40,118 nucleotides of DNA from Acidobacteriota bacterium. Its GTDB lineage: Bacteria; Acidobacteriota; Vicinamibacteria; Vicinamibacterales; SCN-69-37. The notes below the pieces were generated by a model. It searched no databases. It had not been told where the DNA came from and saw nothing but the letters and a program-made list of their open reading frames with translations. The stretch lies in the NCBI GenBank assembly GCA_004297655.1, contig SCUN01000192.1:1-40118 (forward strand). The letters run 5' to 3'. The position numbers and the translations under genes were made by a program. Position 1 is the first letter of the stretch. Every line of letters begins with the position of its first letter. Shown here one piece after another: positions 38,699-40,118 of the stretch.

Positions 38699-40118
38699 CT
38701 ACAAAACCGGCTGCAGCCGAATGCCGTCCTTCCGGACGCGCCCGTGGAGCGGGATGCGCGCCTCAGTGAGGGCGCCGGTGACCTTGACCGTCACGTATTC
38801 GGTGGGCTGGTCCTCGTAGGCAATGGCAATAGTCGCGGGCACGTCGAAGATGGTCCCCGTCTGTTCGATCCGCACCTGCGCGGCCTGGCCGCCCGTCTCC
38901 ACAACGGCCGTGAGCTTCAGGACCGGCGCGCCCGAGTCGAGCACCCACCGGTCGAAGAAGCGCGTGAGCGGCACCTTCGCTTCGGCCTCGAATGCGGCCC
39001 TGAGGTCGTCGGTGCCGGCCTTCGCGTTCCGGTTCTCGCGATAAAAGCGCCGGAGCCCGGCCGCGAACGCTTCGTCACCGATGAACTGCCGCAACATGTC
39101 GAGCACGACGACCGACTTGTTGTACACGATCGCGCGGTAGTTCGTGCCGTCGCCGACGACGTGGCCGAGGCGGTAGCCGAGCGAGATCGGGCCGCTGTCG
39201 TCGAAGCGTCGCACCGACTGGCGCATGCGCTCGAGGATGCTGCGTTGGATGTTGGTGCCGCGATCCTTGGCGGCGTAGAGGTACGCGAAATACTGCGCGA
39301 GTCCCTCGCTGAGCCACTGCTCGTGATAGTTCTTGGCGCCGACCGATTGGCCCCACCACTGATGGGCGATTTCGTGCGCCATGAAGAAGTCCGGGAACTG
39401 ATCGTCGAACGCAATGGGGTCGTTGCGCCAGGTGAAGATCGACGCCGGCGTCGGCTGGTTGATCGCGGCGAAGTACGCGGGGCTGTGGCCGCCGGGCAGA
39501 TCCGATTCGAGCGCGAGCAGCGTGAAACTCGGATACGGCACGCCGCCGGCGACCGACGCGTAGAACTTCATGATCTCCGCCGCGCGCTGCGTGAGCGTTC
39601 TCGTCGCGCCCACCTGCCGCGGGTTCGCCCGCGCGTCAATCGTCAGCGTCCCGCCATCCGGCGTCGTGATGGTAGTGCGCGGCAACGGCGCCATCTTTGA
39701 CACGACGACGGACAAGTAGCGGGCGGGCACGTCGGCGAGAAATGTCGCCAGCCGGTCGGCGCCCGCCACCGATTCGCCCATGAAGGTGCCCGTCGCCACG
39801 GCCTGGTAGTCCTGCGGCACGGTGACGACGAGCCGCGCCGTGGCGTAGTCGGTCACCAGCGCCTGCGGATACCAGTACGAATTCACGCTGTAGGCGTAGT
39901 TCGGCTCCGCCTGGATGCTGTTCTCCGGCGTGTTGGTGGACGTCTGATCTCCGGCGTCCGCGCCGACCGTTGTCATTTCGCGCGACAGCGACTGCGGCGG
40001 CAATCGCCCGGAGTACGCGATCGTCAGCGTGATCACCGTCCCCGCCGGCTGCGGCTCCGGCAGGCTGATCAGCACGCTGTCCTGGCCGACGATGCGGAGC
40101 TGGAGGAGCCGGCCGAAG
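38699..40118 (-). CDS. M1-family (gluzincin) aminopeptidase-like protein, 5'-truncated by window
   Basis: AHEIAHQWWG ... WLSEGLAQY, VYNKS, IGDEAF; frame open to the window end. Confidence 0.88.
   Translation of the reverse strand, partial: FGRLLQLRIVGQDSVLISLPEPQPAGTVITLTIAYSGRLPPQSLSREMTTVGADAGDQTSTNTPENSIQAEPNYAYSVNSYWYPQALVTDYATARLVVTVPQDYQAVATGTFMGESVAGADRLATFLADVPARYLSVVVSKMAPLPRTTITTPDGGTLTIDARANPRQVGATRTLTQRAAEIMKFYASVAGGVPYPSFTLLALESDLPGGHSPAYFAAINQPTPASIFTWRNDPIAFDDQFPDFFMAHEIAHQWWGQSVGAKNYHEQWLSEGLAQYFAYLYAAKDRGTNIQRSILERMRQSVRRFDDSGPISLGYRLGHVVGDGTNYRAIVYNKSVVVLDMLRQFIGDEAFAAGLRRFYRENRNAKAGTDDLRAAFEAEAKVPLTRFFDRWVLDSGAPVLKLTAVVETGGQAAQVRIEQTGTIFDVPATIAIAYEDQPTEYVTVKVTGALTEARIPLHGRVRKDGIRLQPVL

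Overview
High-GC bacterial chromosomal window, most likely origin-proximal. Gene order and protein style suggest Acidobacteriota (Vicinamibacteria-like); this is an inference. Bases 1-22.2 kb form one co-directional + strand run of housekeeping genes: yidC (partial), jag/khpB, mnmE, mnmG, rsmG (perfect parS in its last codons), parA, parB, atpF'-F-H-A-G-D-C (no a/c subunits), PP2C phosphatase, wzm/wzt, rfaE2, mfd, surA-like PPIase, UpxY/NusG paralog, dusB. Bases 22.1-27.7 kb hold the most unusual part, a compact signalling cassette with no flagellar genes: sigma54 activator (co-transcribed with an RKPFG-repeat protein and a Dabb protein), a BldC/excisionase-type HTH, a 63-aa stand-alone histidine-kinase DHp protein, two CGTCA-N6-TGACG enhancer-like boxes, a consensus sigma54 promoter directly in front of an orphan FliA/WhiG sigma factor, and a convergent PAS hybrid kinase. 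Bases 27.7-40 kb are mixed genes: PCYCGC lipoprotein, dienoyl-CoA reductase-like SDR, YhaM, EamA, HExxH membrane protein, FabZ paralog lacking the catalytic His, GAF-GAF-SpoIIE phosphatase, a candidate sigma54-driven ~90-nt structured RNA, a TM-sensor-GAF protein, DsbD, stand-alone NuoG and a partial M1 peptidase. Several families of small palindromic/REP and 7-8-mer repeats occur intergenically and in frame inside coding genes. No rRNA, tRNA, CRISPR, transposase or prophage was seen. All calls are from visual motif recognition; no searches were run.
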